Shown here piece by piece: positions 10,557-19,451 of a DNA stretch of 60,981 nt. Position 1 is the first letter of the stretch. The number at the start of each line of letters is the position of its first letter. The notes under the pieces were generated by a model. The model saw only the letters and a program-made list of their open reading frames with translations. It ran no database searches and was not told the origin of the DNA. This DNA is from an uncultured Gallionellaceae bacterium (lineage in GTDB: Bacteria; Pseudomonadota; Gammaproteobacteria; Burkholderiales; Gallionellaceae), in assembly GCA_903876625.1 (NCBI GenBank), contig CAIRAO010000330.1, forward strand, positions 1 through 60,981. The letters are read 5' to 3'. A program made the translations under genes and the position numbers.

Positions 10557-10590
10557 ATTTCGAAACCCAACGAATTATAATTCGCGAAAT
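10557..10590. promoter_or_regulatory. Candidate ArsR operator/promoter: perfect 14-bp palindrome CGAATTATAATTCG inside a longer inverted repeat
   Basis: The palindrome at 10571-10584 reads TATAAT on both strands. Outer arms are atttcg (10557-62) and cgaaat (10585-90). It lies 48 nt upstream of the arsR-like ATG. Confidence 0.35.
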
Positions 10591-10924
10591 ATAGAAATAC
10601 AAATATCTCTACCATTTCAGAATTTATTCAACGAACAAGCGTGCTAGTCGGCAAGGATATCTAACTAATAACCTTCTATGATATTAGTCGTTTGAACAGT
10701 TATGCACAAAGTAACTTTGCAGATATACAAAGAAGATTTTTGAAATATACGAAAGATTCAGCAGAATCATATCTAATTGACTGGTATATCAATATTTCTT
10801 TTACGATTTTTTACAGATATACAGCTTAAAACTCGCCCGATAGAAAAAGCTGGTAGCATGATTGCCGCTTTTTAAAACACGTAATAACCAGGCCAACTTG
10901 TAATCAAATTGAAATATTTACTCT

Positions 10925-11935
10925 ATGACTAAACTAGGTGAACTAAGAGAACTGGAACATATTATTGAGCTGGGTCACAGACACTTTGAATCACGTACCG
11001 CGTGTGAAGTAACTGCCGATAACATCAAGTTTCCGGTATACCAAATGACATTGGGAAACCCCGATCCCGCATTACCTGCTATTGGTTTTTTTGGTGGAAT
11101 ACACGGCCTGGAGAGAATAGGCACCCATGTTTTGCTATACTTTTTGCGTAGCTTGATTTCGCGTCTTGAGTGGGACAAAAGTCTGCATCTTTTGCTGCAA
11201 GATGTAAGGCTGATATTTATGCCATTAATTAATCCCGGGGGTATGTGGCAATCAACTCGCTGTAATCCAAGCGGAGTTGACCTGATGCGCAATGCACCTA
11301 TTGAGGCCGAGGACAGTGTGCCCTTCTTGCTTGGCGGGCAGCGCATCAGTCGGCATCTACCCTGGTATCGCGGCAAGGCGGGCGCTGAGGTCGAACTTGA
11401 AAATCAAGCCTTATTCCGCTTTGTTCATGAAGAATTGCTTTCACGGCCTTTCAGTATTGCAGTGGACTGCCATTCCGGTTTTGGATCGCGTGACCGGGTG
11501 TGGTTTCCGCATGCACATACTGTTCATCCGATTGATAACCTTGCAGACATCATCCGTCTGGAAGACCTGTATCAACAAACTCATCCCAACAACAGATACC
11601 TGTTCGAACCGCAGAGCCTGCATTACCGCACTCACGGTGACGTATGGGATTACCTTTATCTGCAAGCACAGCCAGATAAAAGTAAAATTTTCTTACCCCT
11701 GACACTGGAGATGGGCTCTTGGTTATGGGTAAAGAAAAATCCGCGCCAGTTTTTTTCACGTCATGGTTTGTTCAATCCCTCGGTTGAACACCGTCTGCAT
11801 AGAGTGTTGCACAGGCATTCTGTCTGGTTCGATTTTCTCATGCGTGCTACCAGCGGTCACAACAACTGGCTGGCGAAAGGTCCCAGCAGACTTCGCTTGC
11901 AAGAACGCGCGGTCGCTCGCTGGTATAGGCGATGA
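10925..11935 (+). CDS. M14-family zinc carboxypeptidase-like protein (cytosolic, DUF2817-like)
   Basis: GGIHGLE (HxxE zinc motif), NPGG and DLMRN (the DLNRN-like motif). No signal peptide. Confidence 0.6.
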   Translation: MTKLGELRELEHIIELGHRHFESRTACEVTADNIKFPVYQMTLGNPDPALPAIGFFGGIHGLERIGTHVLLYFLRSLISRLEWDKSLHLLLQDVRLIFMPLINPGGMWQSTRCNPSGVDLMRNAPIEAEDSVPFLLGGQRISRHLPWYRGKAGAEVELENQALFRFVHEELLSRPFSIAVDCHSGFGSRDRVWFPHAHTVHPIDNLADIIRLEDLYQQTHPNNRYLFEPQSLHYRTHGDVWDYLYLQAQPDKSKIFLPLTLEMGSWLWVKKNPRQFFSRHGLFNPSVEHRLHRVLHRHSVWFDFLMRATSGHNNWLAKGPSRLRLQERAVARWYRR

Positions 11936-12693
11936 CCACTTGGATATTGCTAAGAGGGTTGATGCGTGAATCGCGCCACTGGGGCGACTTTCCCAAACAA
12001 TTTCGAAATGTCATTAGCGCCGATCAAGTTATCACTTTGGATTTTCCAGGTAATGGCAGCTTGTTTGTAAAAGACAGTTTTGGCAGCGTTGCAGAGATGG
12101 CGAACTATTGCAGAACACATCTCAAACAAATGGGCATTCAACCGCCTTATCACGTGCTCGCTTTATCACTGGGCGCGATGGTTGCTATCGAATGGAGTGA
12201 ACAATATCCAGGTGATTTTGAAAGACTCGTTTTAATCAATACCAGTCTGGCACCGCATAATCCGTTTTATCATCGCTTACGTCCTGAAAATTATCCCGCT
12301 CTATTTAGATTTTTAATCCGGGGCTCTATCATTCAACGCGAGCGTTTGATTTTGCAGCTTACCAGTGCAGAAAAGCGTACTTCACTGCAGCAACATTCTT
12401 TGCTGGAAAAGTGGGCCTCTTACGCTCAAGATTGTCCTGTCTCACGCGCTAATATACTGCGCCAACTTCGCGCCGCTATCACCTATCGTGCAAAGCCGAA
12501 TCGACCTCAAATACCCTTGCTATTGCTCGCCGGTCAGCAAGACCGTCTAGTTAATGTTAAATGCTCACTTTATCTGGCAGAACGCTGGAGTATTCCAATC
12601 AAACTTCATCCGACCGCGGGACATGACTTGCCTTTGGATGACGGTGAGTGGGTGTCATGTCAAACAAAAATGTGGCTTGATCAAATTGAGTGA
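11932..12693 (+). CDS. Alpha/beta-fold hydrolase
   Basis: Nucleophile elbow ALSLGAM and C-terminal HPTAGHD catalytic His region. ATGA overlap with the upstream gene. Confidence 0.7.
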   Translation: MTTWILLRGLMRESRHWGDFPKQFRNVISADQVITLDFPGNGSLFVKDSFGSVAEMANYCRTHLKQMGIQPPYHVLALSLGAMVAIEWSEQYPGDFERLVLINTSLAPHNPFYHRLRPENYPALFRFLIRGSIIQRERLILQLTSAEKRTSLQQHSLLEKWASYAQDCPVSRANILRQLRAAITYRAKPNRPQIPLLLLAGQQDRLVNVKCSLYLAERWSIPIKLHPTAGHDLPLDDGEWVSCQTKMWLDQIE

Positions 12694-13391
12694 TGTTCGT
12701 TCGAATGAAGATTTAAAGCGTGCAACAATCGACTTCCAAATTCAGCGGGTGATGCTGAAATAACCTCTGTGGGAACTTTAAATTTTTGCGTCAGGCGAGC
12801 ATTATCTTCAAAACCATAAGACACAACGAAGGGATACATTCCGGAACTGATTGCTGCCTGATAGTCGCTATACTCGTCTCCGCAGGCAAAGGAACACGCC
12901 GGATTAATGGCAAATAATTGCCGCGCGCGTTTCATGAAATCGGTCTTATTCTCTTTTAATCGGATGCAGGCAAAATAATCGAATTGTTCAGTATCAATTC
13001 CATGGCGTTCAAAAAGAAATTTCAGTGTTTCCCTTGGTTCTATCGTCACATTGCGGGTGATGAGGCCCACGCGAATGTCGGGTGTCTCCAGCAACGTCTT
13101 TAACAGCTTTTCGATACCCGGAAATAAACAGGCTTCGTGGCGATAAACTTCTGTCAATGTTTCGCGCAATTGTTTACGGCTTTGTTTGCCAAACTGGTGG
13201 CGCAGATTTGTTGGAAATTCTCGCAGTCCGCCCAGAAACTTTAGCAACTTGCGGCGTTTTTGAAAACGGTCAATATCGCCGATATCCATCCCGTGGCGCA
13301 AGAATGCCAATTCGATTGCATGAAAAGCATCGACAGTTGTGCCATCTGCATCAAAGATTACCAACCGTTCCGCTTTTTTGAACTGAACCAT
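12681..13391 (-). CDS. HAD-superfamily hydrolase (phosphoglycolate phosphatase-like)
   Basis: Motif I VIFDADGTTVD, motif II LITRN and motif IV GDEYSD. Confidence 0.8.
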   Translation of the reverse strand: MVQFKKAERLVIFDADGTTVDAFHAIELAFLRHGMDIGDIDRFQKRRKLLKFLGGLREFPTNLRHQFGKQSRKQLRETLTEVYRHEACLFPGIEKLLKTLLETPDIRVGLITRNVTIEPRETLKFLFERHGIDTEQFDYFACIRLKENKTDFMKRARQLFAINPACSFACGDEYSDYQAAISSGMYPFVVSYGFEDNARLTQKFKVPTEVISASPAEFGSRLLHALNLHSNEHHSI

Positions 13392-13446
13392 ATCGACAAT
13401 ATTAAGTCAGTAATATGACAATAATGTGAATTGTATTCAGACGGAC

Positions 13447-14082
13447 TCAGGCTCCATAATTAACTACTGCCAAAAAGTGACATGCTGTGCCGAGAATGAC
13501 GAAGCAGTGCCAAACCGTGTGAGCGTACTTTAAACGTGAATCTAAAATATAGAATATTACACCCACTGAATATGAGACCCCGCCTGAAATCAACCATACT
13601 TTAACTTGTTCAGGCATGCGCTCAATTATCGGCAAAGTTGCAATTAATGCGAGCCATCCCATCAACACATAAAGTCCTGTTGAAAGCCAGGATTGAGACA
13701 GCTTATCGAATACCTTAAGCGTTGCACCCAAAATTGCAAGCGACCACACCAGCACGAACAGTGCCCAACTCATCGTGTCAGTCGTCGCAGAAAGTGCAAA
13801 TGGCGTGTAACTGCCGGCGATGAACAAATAAATCGCCCCATGATCCAGCCTGAGTACAATGCGTTTGGCTCGACTTATCGGTAATGCATGGTAAAGAGTT
13901 GAAGTCAGATAAAGCATCACCATTGTTGCGGCAAATACACCGGTGCCTATGATGCATGAAACGCTTAGATGGCTTGCCGTAGCCATGAGGAAAGGCAGCG
14001 TGACAATGGCAGCAAGCAACGCCACGCCATGGCTAACGCTGTTGGCGATTTCTTCTCCCAAGGTTTGGCTTGTTTCGTTCAT
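13447..14082 (-). CDS. Hemolysin III / PAQR-family membrane protein
   Basis: 7-TM protein with EEIANSVSHG, LYLTSTLYH and HTVWHCFV motifs. Confidence 0.85.
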   Translation of the reverse strand: MNETSQTLGEEIANSVSHGVALLAAIVTLPFLMATASHLSVSCIIGTGVFAATMVMLYLTSTLYHALPISRAKRIVLRLDHGAIYLFIAGSYTPFALSATTDTMSWALFVLVWSLAILGATLKVFDKLSQSWLSTGLYVLMGWLALIATLPIIERMPEQVKVWLISGGVSYSVGVIFYILDSRLKYAHTVWHCFVILGTACHFLAVVNYGA

Positions 14083-14183
14083 TAATGTTGGTTAACGCTC
14101 TCTATTTACAAGATTCTCACGCTCTCCTTAAACTGTAACCGTAATAGATTACGATAAGATTACCGGTGGAATGCCGTCACGCC

Positions 14184-16364
14184 TTAAAAATCCAACGGAT
14201 CAATGTCCAGCGACCAACGGAGCTTTTGCGCGGGTAAGCCATCCAGCTTCGGGCGCCATGTCCGCAAGAATTGTTGCAATTCTTTTCGTGTAGCGCTCTG
14301 TACAAGCAGTTGGGCGCGAAAATGGTTGGCTCGCTTAGCCATTGTTGCTGCGACAACGCCGTAAACTTCTACTGCATAAGTTAATTCCACAGCAAATTTT
14401 CGGGCTTGATTTAAAAATGCATATACTTCGCTTTCTTGTTTGCCTTCTGCGCGCAAAAGCACTTGAAAAACGTAGGGTGGAAAACCGGCTTGCTCGCGTT
14501 CCTTCAAAAGTATTTGAGCCCAGGCATCATAGTCATGTGCGCGAAGTGCCCTGTATATCGGGTGATCGGGAAAGGCAGTTTGAATCAGCACTTCCCCGGG
14601 CTTGTCGGCACGTCCTGCACGCCCGGCCACTTGGGCAAGTTGCGCAAATAGTTTTTCAGAAGCCCTGAAATCGGTGCTGTATAAGGCGCTGTCCGGGCTT
14701 AAAACCCCGACTAAAGTCAAATTTGGGAAATCATGCCCCTTCGCTAAAATCTGCGTACCCACCAACATGTCTACCGCATCATCCTGAATCTGTTTGCGCA
14801 TCTTCAGCCAACTGCCTTTGTTGCGGGTACTGTCCCGATCAACACGTAAAATTCGCGCAACTGGAAAATGTGACTGCAATGCTTCCTCAATGCGCTGCGT
14901 GCCAATCCCGACCGGCTGTAAATCTGTATTTCCACAACTCGGACAAGCGTGAGGTACACGTTCCTGATGGCCGCAGTGATGACAGCGCAGACGGCGATCC
15001 TTCAAATGTAGCACAAGTTTACCCGCGCAATTTGAGCAGCCCGATAACCAACCGCACGCAGAACACATCAATACGGGTGCATAGCCGCGACGGTTGATAA
15101 AAATCAGACTTTGTTCCTTGCGCTCTAAACGCTCAGTCAAGGCTACAAGCATTGCCGGACTCAATCCTTCTTGCATTGGTGTATTAGCAGTATTAATGCA
15201 GCGCACTTGAGGCAACTGTGCTTGTTCAACTGCACGCTGAGTAAGTTTCAATAACTGATAACGCCCGGTTTGAGCGTTGTAGTAACTTTCAAGCGAGGGA
15301 GTGGCTGAACCAAGCACGATAGGCACGCTGCGCTGATTGGCGCGAAATATTGCGACATCTCGGGCGGAATATCGCAAGTAGTCTTGCTGCTTGAACGAAG
15401 AATCATGTTCTTCATCCACCAGAATCAAGCCAAGTTGAGGCAGCGGCGTAAAAACGGCCAGACGTGTTCCCAGCACAATTCGCGCTTGTCCTGACTGTGC
15501 GCTAAGCCATTTGCTCAAGCGCTCACCGTCGCTCATACCGCTATGAAGACTGACTAATTCGGTGTCTGAAAAACGACTGCGGAAATAATTCTCCAACTGG
15601 GGAGTCAGATTGATCTCGGGCACCAACAACAAAATTTGTTTGCCTTGTTGCAAGGCCTGATTCATCAAATGCACATAGACTTCTGTTTTGCCGCTACCAG
15701 TAATTCCATGTAGGAGAAAGCTGCGATACCCTTGGGTTTGGGTGACTGTGTCAATAGCTTGCTGTTGCGCTACTGTAGGTGTATTCACTGCATTAAATGT
15801 ATGTGCTACTGAAGTAGCCGGGGGTGATGTGGTCGACTCTATCCAACCTTGCTCAATCATCATTTTCAGATTGGCCGGTGCGCTTGGAGACAGAGCACGA
15901 ATCTGAGCCCCGCTCAAGCCACCGTTCTGCAATGCCTGCAAGATGCGATGCTGAATTACCCGGCGTTTGGGTATTTGCGCCTGATTGAGTTCTTTCCCGA
16001 GCTCGGACAAAGAAAAACATAATTCCTGTTTGATCGTAACCGGTTCTTGCGCACGTAATCGAGCCGGTAATGCCGACATGATGGTCATGCCCAGCGGATA
16101 GTGGTAATAGTCGCTACAGAATCGCAGTAGCGTCAATAATTCGGCAGGTAGTGGCGGCGTGTCAGCTAATATTTGCACTAACGATTTGATTCGCTCAGTC
16201 GCCAGGTCAGAGCTTTCAGCCAATTCAACCACAATGCCGACAACGTTTTTGCGCCCGAACGGAACGAGAACGCGCTGACCGATTTCGATGGGCAAATCGG
16301 CATTTAAAAAATAATCAAAAAGTGTTGACAGCGGCACATCTATCGCAACTCGAACTACACGCAT
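14184..16364 (-). CDS. priA: Primosomal replication-restart helicase PriA
   Basis: Walker A GITGSGKTEVY, DEEH box and the Cys-rich zinc module CSACGW..CSNC..CHHCG..CPSCG. Confidence 0.95.
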   Translation of the reverse strand: MRVVRVAIDVPLSTLFDYFLNADLPIEIGQRVLVPFGRKNVVGIVVELAESSDLATERIKSLVQILADTPPLPAELLTLLRFCSDYYHYPLGMTIMSALPARLRAQEPVTIKQELCFSLSELGKELNQAQIPKRRVIQHRILQALQNGGLSGAQIRALSPSAPANLKMMIEQGWIESTTSPPATSVAHTFNAVNTPTVAQQQAIDTVTQTQGYRSFLLHGITGSGKTEVYVHLMNQALQQGKQILLLVPEINLTPQLENYFRSRFSDTELVSLHSGMSDGERLSKWLSAQSGQARIVLGTRLAVFTPLPQLGLILVDEEHDSSFKQQDYLRYSARDVAIFRANQRSVPIVLGSATPSLESYYNAQTGRYQLLKLTQRAVEQAQLPQVRCINTANTPMQEGLSPAMLVALTERLERKEQSLIFINRRGYAPVLMCSACGWLSGCSNCAGKLVLHLKDRRLRCHHCGHQERVPHACPSCGNTDLQPVGIGTQRIEEALQSHFPVARILRVDRDSTRNKGSWLKMRKQIQDDAVDMLVGTQILAKGHDFPNLTLVGVLSPDSALYSTDFRASEKLFAQLAQVAGRAGRADKPGEVLIQTAFPDHPIYRALRAHDYDAWAQILLKEREQAGFPPYVFQVLLRAEGKQESEVYAFLNQARKFAVELTYAVEVYGVVAATMAKRANHFRAQLLVQSATRKELQQFLRTWRPKLDGLPAQKLRWSLDIDPLDF

Positions 16365-16435
16365 TTTATTGAATAATTCTCCGGTAATTTCTGTGAAATA
16401 AAGCTAACGCTCTTGAAGAATATGAAGAATTTTTC

Positions 16436-16470
16436 TTATACACAAATCCTGTGGATAACTATGTGCATAA
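16436..16470. promoter_or_regulatory. Cluster of three DnaA boxes
   Basis: TTATACACA (16436-44), TGTGGATAA (16450-58, a perfect TTATCCACA on the minus strand) and TGTGCATAA (16462-70). All fit TTATNCACA. They are followed by a roughly 90-bp tract that is very AT-rich by eye. Confidence 0.6.
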
Positions 16471-16570
16471 CGTAATAACAAATAAGCTAACTACTAATTA
16501 TATATACGGTTTTTTCTTTAGCCTAAATTAAGAGCTAATAATTAAACTCTTAAAAACAATAAGTTGCAAT

Positions 16571-16604
16571 AAATACAAAGGCCGCAAGAAATAATCCGGC
16601 GGCC
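16571..16604 (-). terminator. Intrinsic terminator downstream of hemE
   Basis: Minus-strand hairpin GGCCGC-N13-GCGGCC (16580-16604) followed by TTTGTATTT. Confidence 0.55.
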
Positions 16605-16664
16605 TCTGTCTGACAAATTATGAATTTGATGCCTGTTCATAACCTTAGCGGTTGTCAAGTAGTT

Positions 16665-17729
16665 TTAATGATACTTTTTACTTAATTCATGAACGGCTTT
16701 AACCAGAGCGGCAGCGTTATCCGGATTGGTAAATTGTGAAATTCCATGGCCCAAATTGAAAACGTGACCACTACCATAACCGTAACTGGTCAATACTTTT
16801 TCAACCTCGGTTCGGATCACTTCCGGCGTTGCAAAAAGTACTGTTGGATCAATATTGCCTTGCAGTGCGACTTTGTCGCCGACCTTCTGCCGGGCTATAC
16901 CGATGTCCATTGTCCAGTCGAGGCCGACAGCATCACAACCGATGTTGGCGATACTCTCTATCCACAGGCCTCCGCCCTTGGTAAACACGATGGAAGGTAT
17001 ACGTGCACCATCTTTTTCTTTAATAAGCCCGTCTACAATGCTCTGCAAATAAGGCAACGAGAAGTCGTGGTAGGCATCATGCGATAAAGCACCTCCCCAG
17101 GAATCAAAAATCATCACTGCCTGAGCGCCGGCTTCTATTTGAGCATTCAGGTAGTCAGTCACAGCCTGAGCGGTCACTTGCAGAATGTGGTGCATCAGCA
17201 TTGGTTCTTTATACATCAGGGTTTTAACCTTGGCGTAGTCATCGCTGCCGCCGCCCTCCACCATGTAACAAGACAAGGTCCACGGGCTTCCGGAGAAACC
17301 GATCAATGGAACTCGACCATCCAGCGCCTTGCGAATCTGCGAAACGGCGTCTGTTACATATTTCAAGTCTTTGCCGATGTCTGGCACTCTTAACGCCTTG
17401 ATCGCTGCTTCATCGCGCAACGGGCGTTCAAATTTTGGACCTTCGCCTTCGGCAAAATATAAGCCCAAACCCATTGCATCGGGGACAGTGAGAATATCGG
17501 AAAAGAGAATGGCTGCGTCCAGAGGAAAACGATCCAGCGGCTGTAAAGTAACTTCTGTAGCCATGTCCGGACTTTTGCAAAGATTAAGAAAGCTGCCGGC
17601 ACGCTTGCGTGTGGCGCAATATTCAGGCAGATAGCGGCCCGCCTGGCGCATCATCCACACAGGCGTATATTCAGTCGGCTGGCGCAACAGAGCTCGCAGA
17701 AAGGTGTCGTTCTTTACATTGAAGTTCAT
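16665..17729 (-). CDS. hemE: Uroporphyrinogen decarboxylase
   Basis: [15 protein letters not shown] signature and 354 aa length. Confidence 0.95.
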   Translation of the reverse strand: MNFNVKNDTFLRALLRQPTEYTPVWMMRQAGRYLPEYCATRKRAGSFLNLCKSPDMATEVTLQPLDRFPLDAAILFSDILTVPDAMGLGLYFAEGEGPKFERPLRDEAAIKALRVPDIGKDLKYVTDAVSQIRKALDGRVPLIGFSGSPWTLSCYMVEGGGSDDYAKVKTLMYKEPMLMHHILQVTAQAVTDYLNAQIEAGAQAVMIFDSWGGALSHDAYHDFSLPYLQSIVDGLIKEKDGARIPSIVFTKGGGLWIESIANIGCDAVGLDWTMDIGIARQKVGDKVALQGNIDPTVLFATPEVIRTEVEKVLTSYGYGSGHVFNLGHGISQFTNPDNAAALVKAVHELSKKYH

Positions 17730-17919
17730 TGGGTTCTCTTTTTAATTATTTAAGTTACATCCGCCTGTTGGTCGGGTACTGCAAGTGCGTTCCCTCACCC
17801 TAGCCCTCTGGATAAAACAACTAGCCATTCGACTAAGCACGTTAAACTGTGCAAGTACACCCGCAAGGGGTACGCCGTGGTTGTAAGGGGCTGAGCCCCA
17901 ACAACACTCGCAGGCTGGT

Positions 17920-17963
17920 TCTCCCCGAGGGAGAGGGGATTTACTCCCTTCCCCTCGGGGAGA
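17920..17963. repeat. REP-like palindrome (CTCCCCGAGGGAGAGGG class)
   Basis: Arms tctccccgagggagaggg and cccttcccctcggggaga around tttact. A related half-site ccctcaccctagccctctgg lies at about 17791. Confidence 0.6.
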
Positions 17964-17987
17964 AGGGCTGGTGATGAGTGTATTGGG

Positions 17988-19451
17988 TTAGCGTGGCAGC
18001 ACCGAACTGCCCATTAAAAACTCATCCACCGCACGGGCTGCCTGACGTCCTTCACGAATCGCCCACACGATAAGCGATTGCCCGCGACGCATATCACCCG
18101 CAGCAAATACTTTTTTCACATTGGTTTGATAGCAACCTGCGCCTTCGGTGCCTGCTTTCGCATTGCCGCGAGCATCTTTTTCTACACCGAATGCATCCAA
18201 CACTTGTTGCAACGGGTTAGTGAATCCCATGGCAAGTAATACGAAATCGGCCTTGAGTTCGAATTCGCTTCCCGCAATTTCGATCATCTTGCCGTCCTTG
18301 AATTCAACACGTACTGCTTTGATCGCCTTGAGTAAACCATTTTCTCCAACGAACTCTTTGGTAGCGATCGCCCAATCGCGCTCACAACCTTCTTCATGCG
18401 AACTTGAGGTGCGCAATTTGAGCGGCCAGTACGGCCAAATCAGTGGTTTATTCTCTTGATCGGGTGCGCGCGGCATTACTTCGATCTGAGTTACTGAAGC
18501 GGCGCCCTGACGATTAGATGTACCGACACAATCCGAACCTGTATCACCGCCACCTATGACAATTACGTGCTTGCCGGATACATTGATTGTGTTTTTCGCA
18601 TCACCGGCTATTTCCTTGTTCTGCGGAATCAGGAATTCCAAAGCGAAGTAGGCACCTTTCAATTCACGACCTGGAACCGGCAAGTCACGCGGTTGTTCAG
18701 CCCCACCAGTTAGAATCACTGCATCAAATTTCTTGTCTAGCTCTGCCGGACTGATGATTTTTTTTGCATCATTCGCAATGCCTTTACCCGGAGCCTCTTT
18801 CCCGACAAAAGTATTGGTACGAAACTCAACCCCTTCCGCAGCCATCTGTGCCATGCGCCAATCGATCAGGCGTTTGTCCAGTTTAAAGTCGGGTATACCA
18901 TAGCGCATCAGTCCACCGATGCGGCTGTTCTTTTCAAACACGGTTACACTATGACCAACGCGCGCCAATTGCTGAGCCGCAGCCAAGCCGGCAGGCCCAG
19001 AACCGACAATGGCGATTTTTTTACCCGTTTTTTTCTTGGCGGGTTGGGGCACAACCCAACCATTCTCACCGCCTTTATCGATGATGGCATGTTCGATCGA
19101 TTTAATTCCTACCGCGTCATTATTAATATTTAGCGTACAAGCTGCCTCACACGGTGCAGGACAAATACGCCCAGTCACTTCAGGGAAATTGTTGGTAGAG
19201 TGCAAAACATCCAGCGCTTGTTTCCAATTGCCGCGATACACCAAATCATTCCAATCGGGAATGATGTTGTTAACAGGGCAGCCGTTGTTACAAAACGGGA
19301 TTCCGCAATCCATACAGCGTGCGCCTTGTTGCTTGGCTTCGGCATCGGTCAAATGCGCGACAAACTCGTGATAATTTTTTAGCCGCAACTCAACCGGGGC
19401 GTAGCCTTCGTTGACGCGATCAAATTCCATGAATCCGGTTGGCTTGCCCAT
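17988..19451 (-). CDS. gltD: Glutamate synthase (NADPH) small subunit
   Basis: N-terminal 4Fe-4S Cys motifs (CMDCGIPFC) and FAD/NAD motif [11 protein letters not shown]. The start overlaps the gltB stop by 1 nt. Confidence 0.95.
   Translation of the reverse strand: MGKPTGFMEFDRVNEGYAPVELRLKNYHEFVAHLTDAEAKQQGARCMDCGIPFCNNGCPVNNIIPDWNDLVYRGNWKQALDVLHSTNNFPEVTGRICPAPCEAACTLNINNDAVGIKSIEHAIIDKGGENGWVVPQPAKKKTGKKIAIVGSGPAGLAAAQQLARVGHSVTVFEKNSRIGGLMRYGIPDFKLDKRLIDWRMAQMAAEGVEFRTNTFVGKEAPGKGIANDAKKIISPAELDKKFDAVILTGGAEQPRDLPVPGRELKGAYFALEFLIPQNKEIAGDAKNTINVSGKHVIVIGGGDTGSDCVGTSNRQGAASVTQIEVMPRAPDQENKPLIWPYWPLKLRTSSSHEEGCERDWAIATKEFVGENGLLKAIKAVRVEFKDGKMIEIAGSEFELKADFVLLAMGFTNPLQQVLDAFGVEKDARGNAKAGTEGAGCYQTNVKKVFAAGDMRRGQSLIVWAIREGRQAARAVDEFLMGSSVLPR

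Noticed and set aside
12681-12693. A 13-nt overlap of the convergent 3' ends of the alpha/beta hydrolase and HAD hydrolase genes.
   Set aside because: Short convergent overlaps are common in compact genomes, and no hairpin or other signal lies in the overlap. It is noted only as a possible site of transcriptional interference.
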